This document shows positions 10,555 through 24,760 of a DNA stretch of 64,000 nucleotides, piece by piece; positions within the stretch are counted from its first letter, which is position 1, and the number at the start of each line of letters is the position of its first letter. Below the pieces are notes generated by a model. It made no database searches and was not told the origin of the DNA. It worked only from the letters and a program-made list of their open reading frames with translations. Made by a program: the position numbers and the translations under genes. Source of the stretch: Marsupella aquatica. Its lineage: Eukaryota > Plantae > Marchantiophyta. The stretch spans positions 11,475,660-11,539,659 of the forward strand of contig OZ316893.1 of the NCBI GenBank assembly GCA_973895155.1, in the 5' to 3' direction.

Positions 10555-13500
10555 ATGTTCGTCAAGCGCCTCATCCAGAAGGCCGTCCAGGACGTGAGTG
10601 GTGTACCGTGATACTCTCGCATTTGCTTTTTCCGAATTGGTGGCATTCTTCGTGTCTGTACGTTCAGAACAATTTTCGATGTCTCGAAAATAAGTTCTTC
10701 AAAGTCGTCTGCTTCATTTCAGAGAATAGTTTCATTGATTGTCACAAGTCTTTGCGTTTGAAACTCGGAATTTGGCTTCGACCAATTAATGCCGTCTCTT
10801 GCGTCCGATGAGTCCCGATCTTGGCAGAAATCGTCGCAGGAGAGGTCCGGGTCGTCCATTCCATCGTCCATTCCATCGTCCATTCCTGTCCCTGTCATGG
10901 AGGTGAGTTTAGGATGATTAAAGAGTTTGGAAGCAAGAAGGAATGTGTGCTTTTGCCCCCTTGCAAGACAGGCGGGGCTTGTTTGAGGCCATATGAGAGG
11001 ACTGGATTTTTGGGAAGGAAATGCTCGGCGATCTAGTGTAAATATGTCTTCAGGAAGATTCCGATTGTTTTGTTGTCTCCAATTGTGTAACTTTGGGCAT
11101 TTTTCGTGGCGACAAATAGCTTCTTCTACCACAGGAGGTTGTGGACAGGCTCTTTTGAAGATTTCATGGTAGATGATACGTTTGGCCTTCGAGAAGGCCG
11201 GCTTGTATTGCGTGTAGAGTATACTGCGTTCAGCCAATGTAATGCATAGTTGTCCTCGGAGTTAGATGAAATGATGGAATATGTAGTCGGGATGACCATA
11301 ATATGTCTGATGCTCTGTGTGAGACCTCTCAAGTCTCAACCCCTCATTCTGTCGTTTGTCACGTTAATCTTGCGACATTGCTCAGCGGCAAGGTAGAAAT
11401 TCGCCGTAAGGCTCGTAATTCCGCAGAGTCGTAACACCAGACAGAGTAGTGAACCGTTTGTCGGACGAGCACATTCCGTCGATGAGCAGACTCTTTCTAG
11501 AATTGTCTGGCCGAGGCGACTAGAAGTACATTTGTTGGGGTTTGGTAGGAACAAGGGTAATAAATCAGTTGCAACAGTTCAGAGGTACGGTTTTGCTTTG
11601 TTCGACAGAGTAGGGTATGTAATGCAATGTGATTTGTTTTCAACGGTCCACTGATGGATTTTCTTCGTGCATCTCAGTTGCCAATACCATCGGGCAATTT
11701 GAAGGAGTCGCAATTGGTTCCCCACCTGGCAGTGCACCATGGAATTCCCTACACAGCCTCCATTGTTGCTTATGAGCCCGTTCAACGGCTTCTCGCTGTG
11801 GCCTCTTCGTGAGTTCTTCCCCCCCCCCCCCCTCCCTTGAGGGCAGCTTTTGTGAGTATGATGCTTTACAGATTGGCAATGATTTTTGGTGGATTTTCTG
11901 GTGTTGCTAAACCAAAGTCTTAAGAGATGGGAGTTGCATTTCCAATTAACGGCGGTGGATATGAGCACATCACTGAGAAAACACCGAAACTCTTTGATTC
12001 GAATCCTTCCCCATTCTACAACAGAATACTGGAATACCTGACTACCTATTGTGCCACACGTCTATTCTGACATTTTATTCTCAAGGCTCGTTGCATTCAC
12101 GCACTTAATATGCGAATTTAGCACAGTAATCATAGTACGAGCCATCATCTGGCTCAAAAGTTGCACTCTCCAAAAGCAGTATTGCTCGTGGGAAGAGTGA
12201 GCTGTAAAACATCAGGACTGCTCACTGGTTCATCGGTGGTTAGGATCTTCTCTAGAGTTCGATGTATCGCAGAGTGTGGAGTTGTTGAATCAGACGGTGA
12301 AATTCACTAATTTCGTTTAAGTTGGGTACAGGAACACATTGTCTGTTTTTGGATTTTGAAGAATCAAACAGAATATATGGGAATTTATAATTGGAGAAAT
12401 TCGCTGGCACCATACTAAATAAAGAAACTCTGTCTGCAGGGATGGTCGGATCAAAATATTGGGTGCTGTAGGTGTGGAGGGACTCTTTCATTCATCAAGT
12501 CCCGTTCCCTGCAAATATTTGCAGGTCAGCGGAGTATTCAGCCGTGCCTGAGGATCTGCCAATTTTGCACCTTTTTTGTTGGAAATCTCAAGACTTCGTG
12601 ATAGGGACCGATTTGGTATCAAGGTTGCTGTCTTATGTGGATGTCTGGCAAAGGACTCGGAACTTCTCTTGACCTTTTGAAGTTCTGGCACTGACTGCAG
12701 TTTTTGAACAACCGAGGCCTCCTGGTTCATGTCAACACCCAAAATGACATTGAAGTAAGAAGAAGTTGCACCTTTGTAGAGTGTCATCTGAAAATTATGT
12801 TTAGTCTTGAGTGTGCTCCGTCAGTTTCCAAGTACTTCGTCAGTTGTAGGACTCCCCATGGTTTGGATTCGGGCGGTTCAGGCTATATCCTTGGGAATCC
12901 AAAAGTCTGAGAATATATTCATGCGGTTTAATTCTCGCTGATGGTTTAGTTATTTCACGACCTGTTACACCCGGCATGATCTTCTATAATAATAATCTTC
13001 TATCGCAGGTGTGGGACGTGGAACAAAGGGAGCTGGTCTATTGGAAAAAGTGGGAGGCCGAGATTACGAGTTTTAACGTTCTTCAAGGTTCTCCATTCAC
13101 GTATGCAGTCTACCTGTCTTATGCTTGGGTCATATGAGTATGTTAAACTTACTCAATTGACTCATGTTCTAGCATCTCTTCGTGTCAGCCAGTACCTTAG
13201 TTGCCATTGGGCTAAATTGTATTTTCCGGATGAGAACCAGGTTCCTTGGTGATCAAACGGGAGCGGTGTTTGTCTTACAATTTGTGTACGATGATGAACA
13301 ACCTCAACTCTCCGTAATGCCCTACGTCATCCCTGCACATGGCACCCTCGGTACGACTCTGATTGACATCTTATTCTCCTCTGATGCTGGTTTTGTTCTG
13401 CATCTGCGGAGTGTCCTGTAGCCAGTGTCACATGTTTTGTAAGTTAGCGTCATTTGTTCTTAAACTGCTCTCTATTATTCAGGGACGATAAGTGCCGTTG

Positions 13501-16500
13501 TGAGATTTCCTTATCAGTGAATTGATATAGGTGGACTCGTTAGAAGCGGAAGTTCGGATGCTCCCTCTGTGATTGGTGTCCTTCCACAACCTGACGTTTT
13601 TTACACCAGGTAAATGCCCATATTAAGATTTGCCATTTTTCATACGGTGCTTCTCTTACATGCGTGATAAGAATAATCAGCTCTTTACTGTCTAAATGTT
13701 TATAGCCGAACAGAGAAACAGTAGGAGCGAGATGCAGAGTGACTCCCTCTAGTGAGAGCGTTTTCTTTCTGTGAGTAATGGGGAATCTTCCATGAGTCCA
13801 TATCGTGTGATATGTGCTGCACAGGTTACTAGTCGCGTATGGGAATGGCCTGATAATACTCTGGGGACTTCATGAAACTCAGGTTCTTGCTGTGCGTGGT
13901 GGCACTGAAGATCAGCGCTTGCAGCTTTCTAACTTTTCTGCTAGCCTAAAAGGGCGTGCTACGTCTGCCCCATCAAAACATGAGGCGACTGATGACGAGG
14001 AGGAGATCAAGGAGATTTGCTGTGTTTGCTGGGCATGTCCAGTTGGAAGTGTACTTGCTGTTGGCTACATTGATGGAGAGATTCTCTTATGGAGCTTTCC
14101 AACCATAATCAGTGGAAATGGCCAAATGGAAACAGAGTTTGTGGAAGGACCAGTTTACTCTGGTGAGCCCTTACATAAGGTGGACCTGGCTCCTGGGAAG
14201 GTCAAAATGCCTGTAACAAATCTGATTTGGGGTGCCAGTGGCAGACCAAGTAGCAAGGCGGTTGGTGGCAGACTCTACGTGTTTGGTGGTAGAGAAGTTG
14301 GTCAATCTGAAGCTCTCATGGTTAGCTCACACCTCAATCCACTTTATATCATTCGAAGTATTCTGTCATTATGGTGGAGCAAGATTGGGATGCACCTGTG
14401 GTAATTCAGGACCTGTGTCAAAAGTCAAAGTATTGTTGTGGAGGAGGGTTATGGCAAAGTGTTGTTACCACCACTATTTCTTTCCGATAACGTTATGATG
14501 GTTTGTTTCAGATACTCTCACTGGATTCAGTAAATGAACAAGAAAATGGGTCAAAGCTCTTACGGTTAGAGCTCAAATTACAAGGACCCTTTGCAGACAT
14601 GGCTCTGTTGCCAGCACCCGGTGGGAGTTTGACAATTTCTGCAGCGGCGCTAGTTTTGCTTACGATGCCGGGGTTTCTACATGTTTTTGATGAGCTCAGT
14701 ATTGCAAATTATTTTGCTTGTCTGGTTGAAGGCACGCCGCCCTCTCCTTCAATTCCACAGCCTGTCCCATTACAGCTCTCCGTAACAGAATCAAAAGTAA
14801 CTTGTGCCAAGCTGGTTCTGGTCTCAAATGGTGGGATGGCTGCAAAGTTACTGCTACAGGTACTTGCTTACCATTTCATTTAAACAGAGAGGCTTCCAGT
14901 GTGAAAAGGCAAAGCAATGCATCTCCTGAGCCGAGTGTTTGTGATCATCCGAACCAGCATCTATAGGACTTTCCTTCGCTATTTGCAGATCTGACATCAT
15001 CAAAGTGGTATTGGTTTTATTTTTCCAGTTACCTCAGACCGTAAAAAGTCGCGTACCGTCTACCTTGCCTGCTGGCACAAGATGGCCTATTAGTGGAGGA
15101 GTACTTTCAGCCACTTCGTCCGGCCAATTTGGAGAAGAAAACCTGTATATAACAGGCCATGAAAATGGCCTTGTAAATGTCTGGGATGCATCGTCACAGT
15201 TTTACAGCCTCCTCTGCACAGTTGAGAGCAAGGTGAGATTGTGCATTGCAAGAAGTTGGGGTAAGACAGTCACCATATCTGACATCTAATTCGTAATGTA
15301 ATGGTCTAGTAGGGCGTTATTCAGAAATACTGAATGTGCAAATGTTTCGAAATATTGTGGTTCAAACTGTGATTGGTTGAAAACGTTCTCGGGGAGAAGA
15401 GAGATTGGTGACTTTTACTGGGTAATATACGTTGGTTTTGGGGAAATTCTACTTGAGCTTTCCACTCTGGACAGGATTATTGTTGGAGAAACTCTGATCT
15501 GTTCTCTGCTATGGCTACCATCCTCAGCATGCATACTGATCGAATGGCTTGTTGTGCAGAGTGACCTAGCTGAGAGTGGCAAAAATTCGGTCTCTGCATT
15601 GGAGTTTTGTCCTACATCTGGACTTCTCTCTGTAGGGAGGGAGAATGGGACGGTAAAAGCCCAATTTCCTTTGCTTCCCCAATAGTTTGCTCACCTTGGA
15701 AGGTCACAGGTGTCGCCTCATAAATTCTGATCCACAAATGTTTGTCAGTGCAGGTTTTTGTTTATAGACTAAATAAAGAAGATCACCAAGTGAGGTGCTC
15801 TATTCTTGAAGAGTCGAGTGCCAAAGGTGAGTTCTTAGAATTTTCCTTCTCCTGAATGCGTTGATCCTTCACTCTTGGTTTAGAAAGAAAAGCATTTCAC
15901 TTGCTTTGTAAATGAGCTTGATGTTGTCGTGAAACTTCACGGCATATTCTTGTGTTTCTTCTGTATTGCAGAAGAATTGCTGGACTGTGCACCTGGATTC
16001 GGCTGCATTCTCATACAAAATATTCACAAAGCAGCCATCACCGCAATCTCGATTGCAAGTGGTCCATCCCGAATGGCCATTGGTGATGAGAGAGGCATGG
16101 TATGTTAGGGGGCATATAGGTTGATCTAACTGATCAACGAATTGTTCATTTTATTGTGGCGGTAGTGCAAGCTGCAGTTCCCTGCTGTTATGGCGGTAAC
16201 AAATATTTCCACACAAATTTGACTGTTCTGCTTTTTATTATCTCCGACTAGATTTCTCATTTGGCTATGCTTGGTTGTGGGTGGCAGGTTTCTCTTCTAG
16301 ATTTACAATCACCATCTGTTACTTTCTATGACTACTGTTTTCCAAAAAATCCATCGCCCATTTTAGCTGTTGCCTTTTCATCCGAGTCATTGTCAGAGGA
16401 CAGCACACCCTTATCCCCTCGCTCTCCTCGTTCTCCTCGTTCCCCTCGCTTATCACATTCTCTGTCCAAAAAATCTGCTCCAGTTGCGATCGGCCGCCCA

Positions 16501-19500
16501 ATAGTCTTGTATGTTGTAGGCACGGATGCTTCCATGGTTGCCATGGATGGAAGTACAGGAGTCTTCTTCGGCTCAGGGGCAATGCAACCTAAGAATCCTT
16601 CTACAGCAGTGTCTCTGCATCTCCTAGGTGAGGAGCCCTGCCAGTTTAAGCGGGTTGTATTAGTTTGGAGGTTTACTAGCTTCAGCAACTGTACTCATGC
16701 CATACTCTCTTGGTCATTAAGTTCTCTCTGCTGACATTGGAATGGGGAGACATCGCAGATGCTGGCGGTGCTCCTGTTGCGCCATTGGACAGGCAACTCG
16801 ATGAAACATGCGAACGTGGAGATCAAGCAGAACAAGTTGAATCGGCTAGTACTGCAACAAGCTCTGTGGAGAATGAGTCATTCCGAAGGACTTCACTTGA
16901 AGTACAGAGCACTGATTCACCAACCTGCGCGACGAGTCCAGAAGCTATGTTCTTGTTGTTGTGCTGCACTGATTCGTTGCGGTTGTATGCAACACATGCT
17001 GTCATACAGGTCAGTTGGAGAGGGAGTGACCTTTGATTTGTCCAGGGTTTAAAGTTTCAAGTTCTTCATACTCTGTATGTTGTTGATCATGTGTCTTCCT
17101 CACTGTGGCTGCCACTTGTTGTCGATGCATCGCTACATTGGCATGATAAGAAAATCGGTGCTCCATTTGAGTGACAGGGCCAGCGCACCACGCTATGCAA
17201 GGTGAAGCTTGACATTACATGTAGCTGGACATCAACCTTTTCGATCAAGGGCGACAGGGAGCCAGGACTTATCCTGATGTCCACCACTGGTGATCTTGAA
17301 TTTAGGTGCGATCGTCAGTCTTTGGAGAAGGCAAACCGTGTTGCATGAATAAATATCCATAGTGAAACGAAAATAGCCTACAAATGGAAATTAAAACACA
17401 ATGTCTTCAATTACTTGGAAACATGTAATAGGTCGATTCAAAGTTATTTATTGCAATATAAATCTGATCAGAGATGTGTTACTAGATTCCTTTTCCAAAC
17501 CGTTCCTTGCAGGATTGCTTTTTCTTGGCCGGAATAGGTCACATTGAGTAAACTTATTTGGAGAAGAGATCCGACTGACATTCTGATGAGGGTTTTGCAA
17601 TTTTCATGATGCAGGTCCTTACCGGACCTCGTATTGCTGAAGAAAACCTCATTAAGTAGTGTTCTCAATTGGGAAGTAGAGACGAGTGTGGGCTCTCAGA
17701 AGACCATGGCATGTAATAACAATGGTGAACTGATGATGGTAAGTGAAGTTTCCAAGGCTGTTTGCTACGTTCCACTGTAAGGTGATCAACGATCTCCAAT
17801 TCAGTAAGAATTATACTTTCATTGGGTGGCGAGGGTGAGATCTGTTCAATTCTGATGAGAACTTTGGTTCTTGGTAAGTGACATCTATTTGGGGCATGCC
17901 GGTTGCTTACGTTTGTTATGAAACGTGTCATATTAAATAGATTGTTTTTGGCTATTAATAACGGGGTTGCAATCGTTCAGGTTGATCAGAGTGAACTCAT
18001 TCATATGTCTGTCCTCGAAGATGATGGCTCAAGGTAATTTCTTTTCAAGTGTTAAGACGTTTCAGATCTTGATATCCTCAGAGTTGGACCTTTCCAGTCT
18101 AGGAGACTCATTATCTCTAGTAGTAGATGTGCTGCCTGCACCTTCATACAAGACTATGATTATGTTTTCAGTTCTTCCAATTCCTGGCCTTCGTGTTGTT
18201 CTCTGTAATACCTCCCTAAAAACGGCAGGCTTAGCACTCGAATCTTTGCTTTTTTTTGTCAGAGAGAAGGTTTCCCTCCCACGGCTCTATGATAAAGATC
18301 TTGCCAAAGCTGCAGATGCTGCCATCGCTTACGCTAGAAACGTGCCAAAGAAGAAGGTATTATTGAGCCCGTTGTCGTTTAGAAATGTCCTACTAGATTC
18401 AGACTTTTTAAAATGCTAACTACATGTCTGCTTCCCATTGAAACCTACATTGACTTGGTGGAGCAAGTTTTATGTCGAGGAATGTCTTCTGTTGAAAGGT
18501 TGTCTTGTACTCTGATGTTTCCGTAGGAGCCCATTTCAGTAGCTTTGTTACGTCCAGTATCACTTACCAGGTTATGACTTCTGTCCCGATTAGTGCACGC
18601 CAGTTGTTTTTGAACTCAAGCGCAATTCCCCAAGTCTAATAAAATGTAATTAGAAAATGTCTATCTGTATATGCGCATGATATAAAGTTGTTGTGGTAGC
18701 TGATGTTTCACAGCTCTCTTAACCTTTTTTTAATGTGGTCAAATGAAGCAGTCGCAGACACCCATTCAAGGGATGCAAGGCCTGATAGGTGGAGTCTTGA
18801 AGGAGCTGAGAAATGCGTTGGATATCGAGCAACAACAAGCTGTTCATTTTTCTTCGGAGCTTCCGAAGCTTTTCACTTCATGCCCTTTCAGCATTGTTCC
18901 AGTTGAACCAAAGACATCACCACACCTCGACGCATCAGGCAGCTCACGTTCTGGCACAGATATGACTGTGGACATTGGTCAGTGGTTACTTTATTCATGG
19001 ACTTCATGGCTCTACTGGTTGATATATTCTAATGTTGGCTACCCTGTCCATGCTTTGGGAATGCTGGACTCTCCTCACGCTGATGTTGTCTTACAGTTGC
19101 GTTTTTCTAGGCCTAGTTGTTGTTGATGAATCAAAACATGTGAGTTCCTGATACAGATGATATTGATGTGGCGTACCCCGAGGCCGAGGTAGCAGAACCT
19201 CCACCCGTTGGAACTTCTAAAGCGAATAAATTTACCAACAAATTATCAGGGGCATTAAAGAGTTTGAAGGGTATGCACATAACTCATTTTTAAAGAACTG
19301 CGATTTCTTTTTCCCTTCCCTTCAAATGATACCTGAGATTTTGTGAACTACCCTATTTACCACAAAAACTTATTAGTTTATATTCGATTTTCTTTTCTTT
19401 TTTCCTTTTGTCGAAGCTTTGCCTAATCTTTGAAGTAATAATTCTTTATTTCGACAGACTTTATGTTCATTTTTGTAATTGCCGGTATCTTTGTTCTTGT

Positions 19501-20089
19501 GCAGGGAAGGAAAGAAGAGAGAGCCTAGAGAGCAACAGGATGAAGCTCTTTGATGGGAAGGATGAACACAAACCATCAAAAGCCCAAACAGTAGATGATA
19601 TCAGAGCCAAGTATGGACATCCTAGAAAATCTCAGGTGGGCATTGGTCATTTTGAAGATTTGATAATGCATTCTCTTGTGTCATTAAAAAAACTCGAGCT
19701 GTGGTTGTTATATTGATTACTCCGTTCCTACGTGATCTCACAGGAACTTTCAAGTGCCTTGGACATGACCAGAAATAAACTCGCTGAACGGGGAGAAAAG
19801 CTGCAGGTAATTGGCAACAAACTTCTCTGACCTGGTGCACCTTGGGGCACATTCTTCTACGACAAAAGCCTATAATAGTATCTTGATGCCAACTGGAAAA
19901 GGAACGTGTCAAATCCGCTTTTTTTAGGGTCTGAGTAGAATTGGGGAGGCAGTCGACTGATGTGTGATGGGATGCTTGCAGGACATTAGTGACAAGACTG
20001 CTGAGATGGAAGATAATGCCCACAATTTTGCTTCAATGGCCGAGGAGCTTGCTAAGAAAATGGCCCAAAAGAAGTGGTGGGAATTATGA
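10555..20089 (+). CDS. Tomosyn / Lgl / syntaxin-binding protein 5-like (WD40 beta-propellers + C-terminal R-SNARE), >20 exons
   Basis: Exon 1 [13 protein letters not shown] (10555-10593); [24 protein letters not shown] (~11680-11808); DGRIKILG (~12440); [49 protein letters not shown]; C-terminal [22 protein letters not shown] (zero-layer R), [32 protein letters not shown]. Confidence 0.93.
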
Positions 20090-23000
20090 AACGACAAGGT
20101 GTCACAGCCTCCCACCACCTCCCGTCACCTCCAAGGTCTGCGATGTCTTGTGCGAACAATAATTGTATATCAGACATTTCATCCGAGACGATTTTAGCTG
20201 TCGTCATGCTTTGAATAGCAAGTTCCTTACGAACTGGATCAGTCACCATGAAAAGTTTTGTACCAATTTTGTTTTGTTGGGGGATGCTAAAACTTAATCC
20301 CCGGCTTACATAAAATCTTAAAATTGTTACTGACGGTATACATCTTGTACAGTCCTTCAGTTGACTGCCCTTCCTATTCCTGCTCAGGGATGCCTGATGG
20401 ACTGGGCCACTTTAGTGTGTTGTTTCTTAACAATGATAAGCTTATTCTGGACAACGATTCGACACAGAAGTTCTCCACAGGCGCATTTGTAGTCGTCTCC
20501 TGTGACCAGCCAGTGCGTGGGGTACGCCTGGGTTCGAGGACGCTTGGAGCTGTGTGTTGCCAAGTGAACAAAGAATCGTCTTCGTATTTGGATTTTCATA
20601 AGCTCGGGAAGGGATCGGAAAATGCTCTTTGTATGGAACCCAAGCTTCTTAACTCTAGATCCTTTCCTGTCGGTTAACATGCCTACGTATTTAGGGTTTT
20701 TTCCTCCTATGACAAGAAAGTATGGTTTTCAGGAAAAACTTTCCTGTTTGCTAGCACGCCACAACTGCCCGGAATCTTGTGGGCATTTTTGTTGAGTTTG
20801 AGCAGAGCACCACTGGAGGAGTATTGAAGTGAATTTGAAATTCTCTGATTCTCTGCACAACCCTGAAGTTTCCCCTGGTTACAAATGAGTAGTGTAATTA
20901 AAACAAGGTTTGGATGGTCCATGTCAACTCGTGCATTTTTCTTCACGATACACCAAAGCACAATTGTCACTCAAAAGGATGGCACTCACATGGTAATTGC
21001 AAGATGTGCGCAGCCACTCTCTAGAAAGAAATTTGGAAGCTTGGAGGTACTTGCCGTTAGATAGCTCTCTCAAATCCTAGTTCTGCTTTTCTACCTATGG
21101 AATTTCTCATCCAGGGTATTTTTCAGATTTGCACTCCACTGCAAACTGCCTTAAATCACCAGTGGCACATGCTCACATTCAGGTAATTTCAGAACTCACC
21201 AAAATTAGTGTCATCTTATTGAAATTTTAGAGGAGACTGACACCATGAGGGGAAATGATACTCCCGTGAATCATACAACCTACAGGGGTTTTGACACCTT
21301 TATACCTTCACTTGTGGACACCCTTCTCACCAAAAGTTGTCAACAGCAGAGTTTGATTTTCAATATCTCCCTTGAGATCCAACATTGTTGTCTCTTCTTT
21401 GGCTCATTAGCAGTGGCTTGGAAATGTGTTTTCAACCAGTCTATTATAGTTTCATAAAAATTTGAAAGAGTCATGTATTTCTGAAGGTTACCCAATCACT
21501 TCCTGGCCGCACAGACTTTGCACTTGCAAAAGTTTTTTAGCAGCTACTTTGACATTCAGTATCTCCCTGGATGGGGTCTGACTTGTTTGGGTTCCTTAGA
21601 AATGGCTTTGAAAGATGTTTCCAATGAAACTGCTATTGTCAAATTTCTTTGAGAATGGAGAGACCTACAAATTTCCAAAGATGACTCCCGTTTTTTTGCC
21701 ACAGTTCACTCAGTGGTGTACTACTTATTATACCAGCAGAAAAGAGGGTTTCACTGCAGTCCATCCGGGTTGCAAAACTCTATCAGACCATTTGGGCAAA
21801 TGTGGAGGTTCATCCATGCACAGGAGGGCACTGACTGGAAAATGGAAAATAGGGAGATGTGTCCATCCAGGCTTCAAGTTCTAGAGGAGGGCAATGACTG
21901 GAAAATGAAAAAAGGGGGATGTTTTGGATGCTTCACCCTTTTATAGTGCCACTTCAAATGGCAGCTGGAGAATGTAAGCAGCCACACCAAAGATTATAGT
22001 CCAAGGATCAGTACACCAGGCAGCTGGAGAACTGGTGTTGTGCTAAGGATAACTGTAAACTAGGACTATCCTACAATTCCTGAGGTTTATAACCTACTCT
22101 AGGCAAAAGTTCCTTGGAGAAGAACTTAAACCACACCTGCCCGTACGGAAAGGAAGTCCCATTTCCTGCCTTGCTACTACTCATTTTTTTCCTGTGGTGA
22201 ACAGTGTTCTCACCATAAAAGGTAGAGCCCAAACCCATTCTAAGTGAGATGCCTAAACCCATTATTAGTGAGACCAAACGTGTGCATTGTATAATGAGAG
22301 CTACGGGTTAACTGTAGCTCTTATATAGGTAGTTGTGGTTTAAGAGCAAGGTTGCAGGTGCTTGAGATATCCATCAAAGTACTAAATCTGGAAAGCAGCA
22401 TACAATAATGATTGTACACTTTTGGAAATAGAGCTGCAAGAGGACAGTCAAATTGCAGATAGTTACATTAGGTGCTTGCAAGGGTTTGGTGTTCACAAGT
22501 ACCAGAAATCCCAGGCAAGACCTAGTGGGAATTCATTTAGGCCACATGAGAGGAGCCAGAACCCTTTGATGGTCGTCTGAGGATGGAAAATATCTCCAAA
22601 GAGTGATTGTCAAGACATTGGTCACCTTGACATCCTTATGGTAGCTTCTGGAGCGTGAAATTGAAAACCAGGTAAATACTCTTAGAAAGCCAGACTGTCA
22701 AGTTTGGTGCTTGAAATTGGAAACCAGTTAAACACTCTTACAAAGCCAGCCAGATTGTCAAATTCTATTCATGGTAGCCCAAACATTTTACATAGTGCCA
22801 AGGCATACAAATAGACCAAGAGAGGAAGAATAAGAGACTTCAACCCAACTTACTTGAACACATCAATGACTGCCCAAATGTAATTTCAGTTTCTGAAAGA
22901 GTGATTTTTGGGGATATGCGATTGTGTGTTGGAGATATACAGAAAGTCTCAACTTTTTTGTCACATTGAACTGTGTTCAAGTGCAGGCTCCTGGAAATAA

Positions 23001-23810
23001 GCCACTAGCCAGCAGTTATCCATGGATTGTCCTATGCTATAACTGCAGGGGACATCATATATACACTTCTCCACATGTGGCTGGTCTGCCATATCTAATA
23101 AGTGCATGAGAAGACACTTATGCACTTCTCTGTTTTGTTGTCAGGTCACACATTGGACTCCTCATACCCTGAGCCATCCTATTGCCTATTTCAACTGGAT
23201 AAGTGCATGAAACTCATTTATGTCATTGTTTTTTGTAGTTTTTAATATATGTTTCTTATGTATGCATTGCAGTAATTCATAAATGCATGTGTAGGCTTGT
23301 AGACAAAAGGGAACTTATGCATTTGTTGTTTTGTGCTGATTTTTTGTCATGTAGGTTGACCTGCTTATGCGAACTGCATTTTTTGGTGCATTTACAAAGA
23401 AAATCCTTGAGATATTTGGGGACTACATGAAGGTAGACCTGCACTTATGCATCTACAGTTTTTTGGTGCATTTACAAATAAAATCCTTGAAACATTAGGG
23501 GACAACATGGTTGGCCTGCACTAATCCACTAATGCACTTATCCAAGCCGCACTTATACCCTGTTCACTGTATGTAGCTTGACCACTGTATGTAACTTGAC
23601 CTTCAGACATCACACCAAACAATTTTATTCAAACAGATTTCATTTGTCATCCAATGAAATTTAGGATTTTACCAAAAATTAGCATTTAATAGGTTCTGTG
23701 GCACCCCGAGTTGAGCAGCAGTGAAGGCAGACCCAACTTCAATTATCAATTTACTGCATTTTAAGAATTTTAGAGGTTCCACCATCAAATGGGCTAGATT
23801 CCTTTAGGAA

Positions 23811-24000
23811 CTACCTGAGTTTTGGACCACCCCTTGGTGCAGTTAATTAAACCACAAGTGCACCTATACCTGAGTTATGGACCACCCCTTGGGACAGCTA
23901 ATTAAACCACAAGTGCACCTATAAAAAGTTACAGGTTGCACCTATACCTGAGTTATGGACCACCCCTTGGTGCAGTTAATTAAACCACAAGTGCACCTAT
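23811..24000. repeat. Tandem repeat, ~55-bp unit x3
   Basis: tacctgagtt(a/t)tggaccaccccttggtgcagttaattaaaccacaagtgcacctat in three copies. Confidence 0.85.
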
Positions 24001-24760
24001 GAAAAGTTCCAGGTTACCCTTCACACTGCTCTCATTATAAAGTGCACAACTGGGCTTGAGCTCCACAAAAGGTGCTAAGTGCTCCACATGTCAGAGTGAG
24101 AGGACAGGAATGACGAGTAGTGATGGAGGGAATGGGGCTCTTATATGGGTAGATGTGGTTTAAATCCGGAAGCCCATTTTATCCCTATCCATCTAGCCCG
24201 AGCTGGCTTTCTCACGACTACCCAAACAGAATGCGCATCCTCGTCAGATGTGCACTACAAAGACGTATATTGTGAAGCAGGTTTGCATGTTTTCTTTCCC
24301 AGTAAAGATTGGAGAGAAGATACTTCGCTACTGTAGCTGAAATGAACGACAACGCAAGCTGTCCTTCTGTAAGATTGTCAGTTTGTACAATTGTGTTTGT
24401 GCAAATAAATGATACACCTCTTGAGCTCTGCGTGATGCACTTTACGAGTCCAGTCAAGTCTAGAAACTGGGAAAGGCTGGACAACCAACCGCATGATATG
24501 CAGTGACGAAACCGGAAACAACAATGAAAGTATTGAAAGCTAGCAAGTAAGGGAAATTTTGCCTAAATTTAAGTCTAAGAACCGGTCCAACAAGGATTAC
24601 AGATTAAGTTTTCTTCCAAAACTGTTGTGACTTACATCAGGAAACTTCACAAATGTACAATGTCTCACGGAAACCCAGCTTAAAATGGGATATGATTTTA
24701 TTACGGTATGCCAGAAGGCCGTAACTTCGAAAACTGCAGGACACCTAAACCTGTCCATCC

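Noticed and set aside
10719-11237. 172-aa minus-strand ORF
   Set aside because: Lies in intron 1 of the tomosyn-like gene, includes a 12-bp simple repeat and has no recognisable domain.
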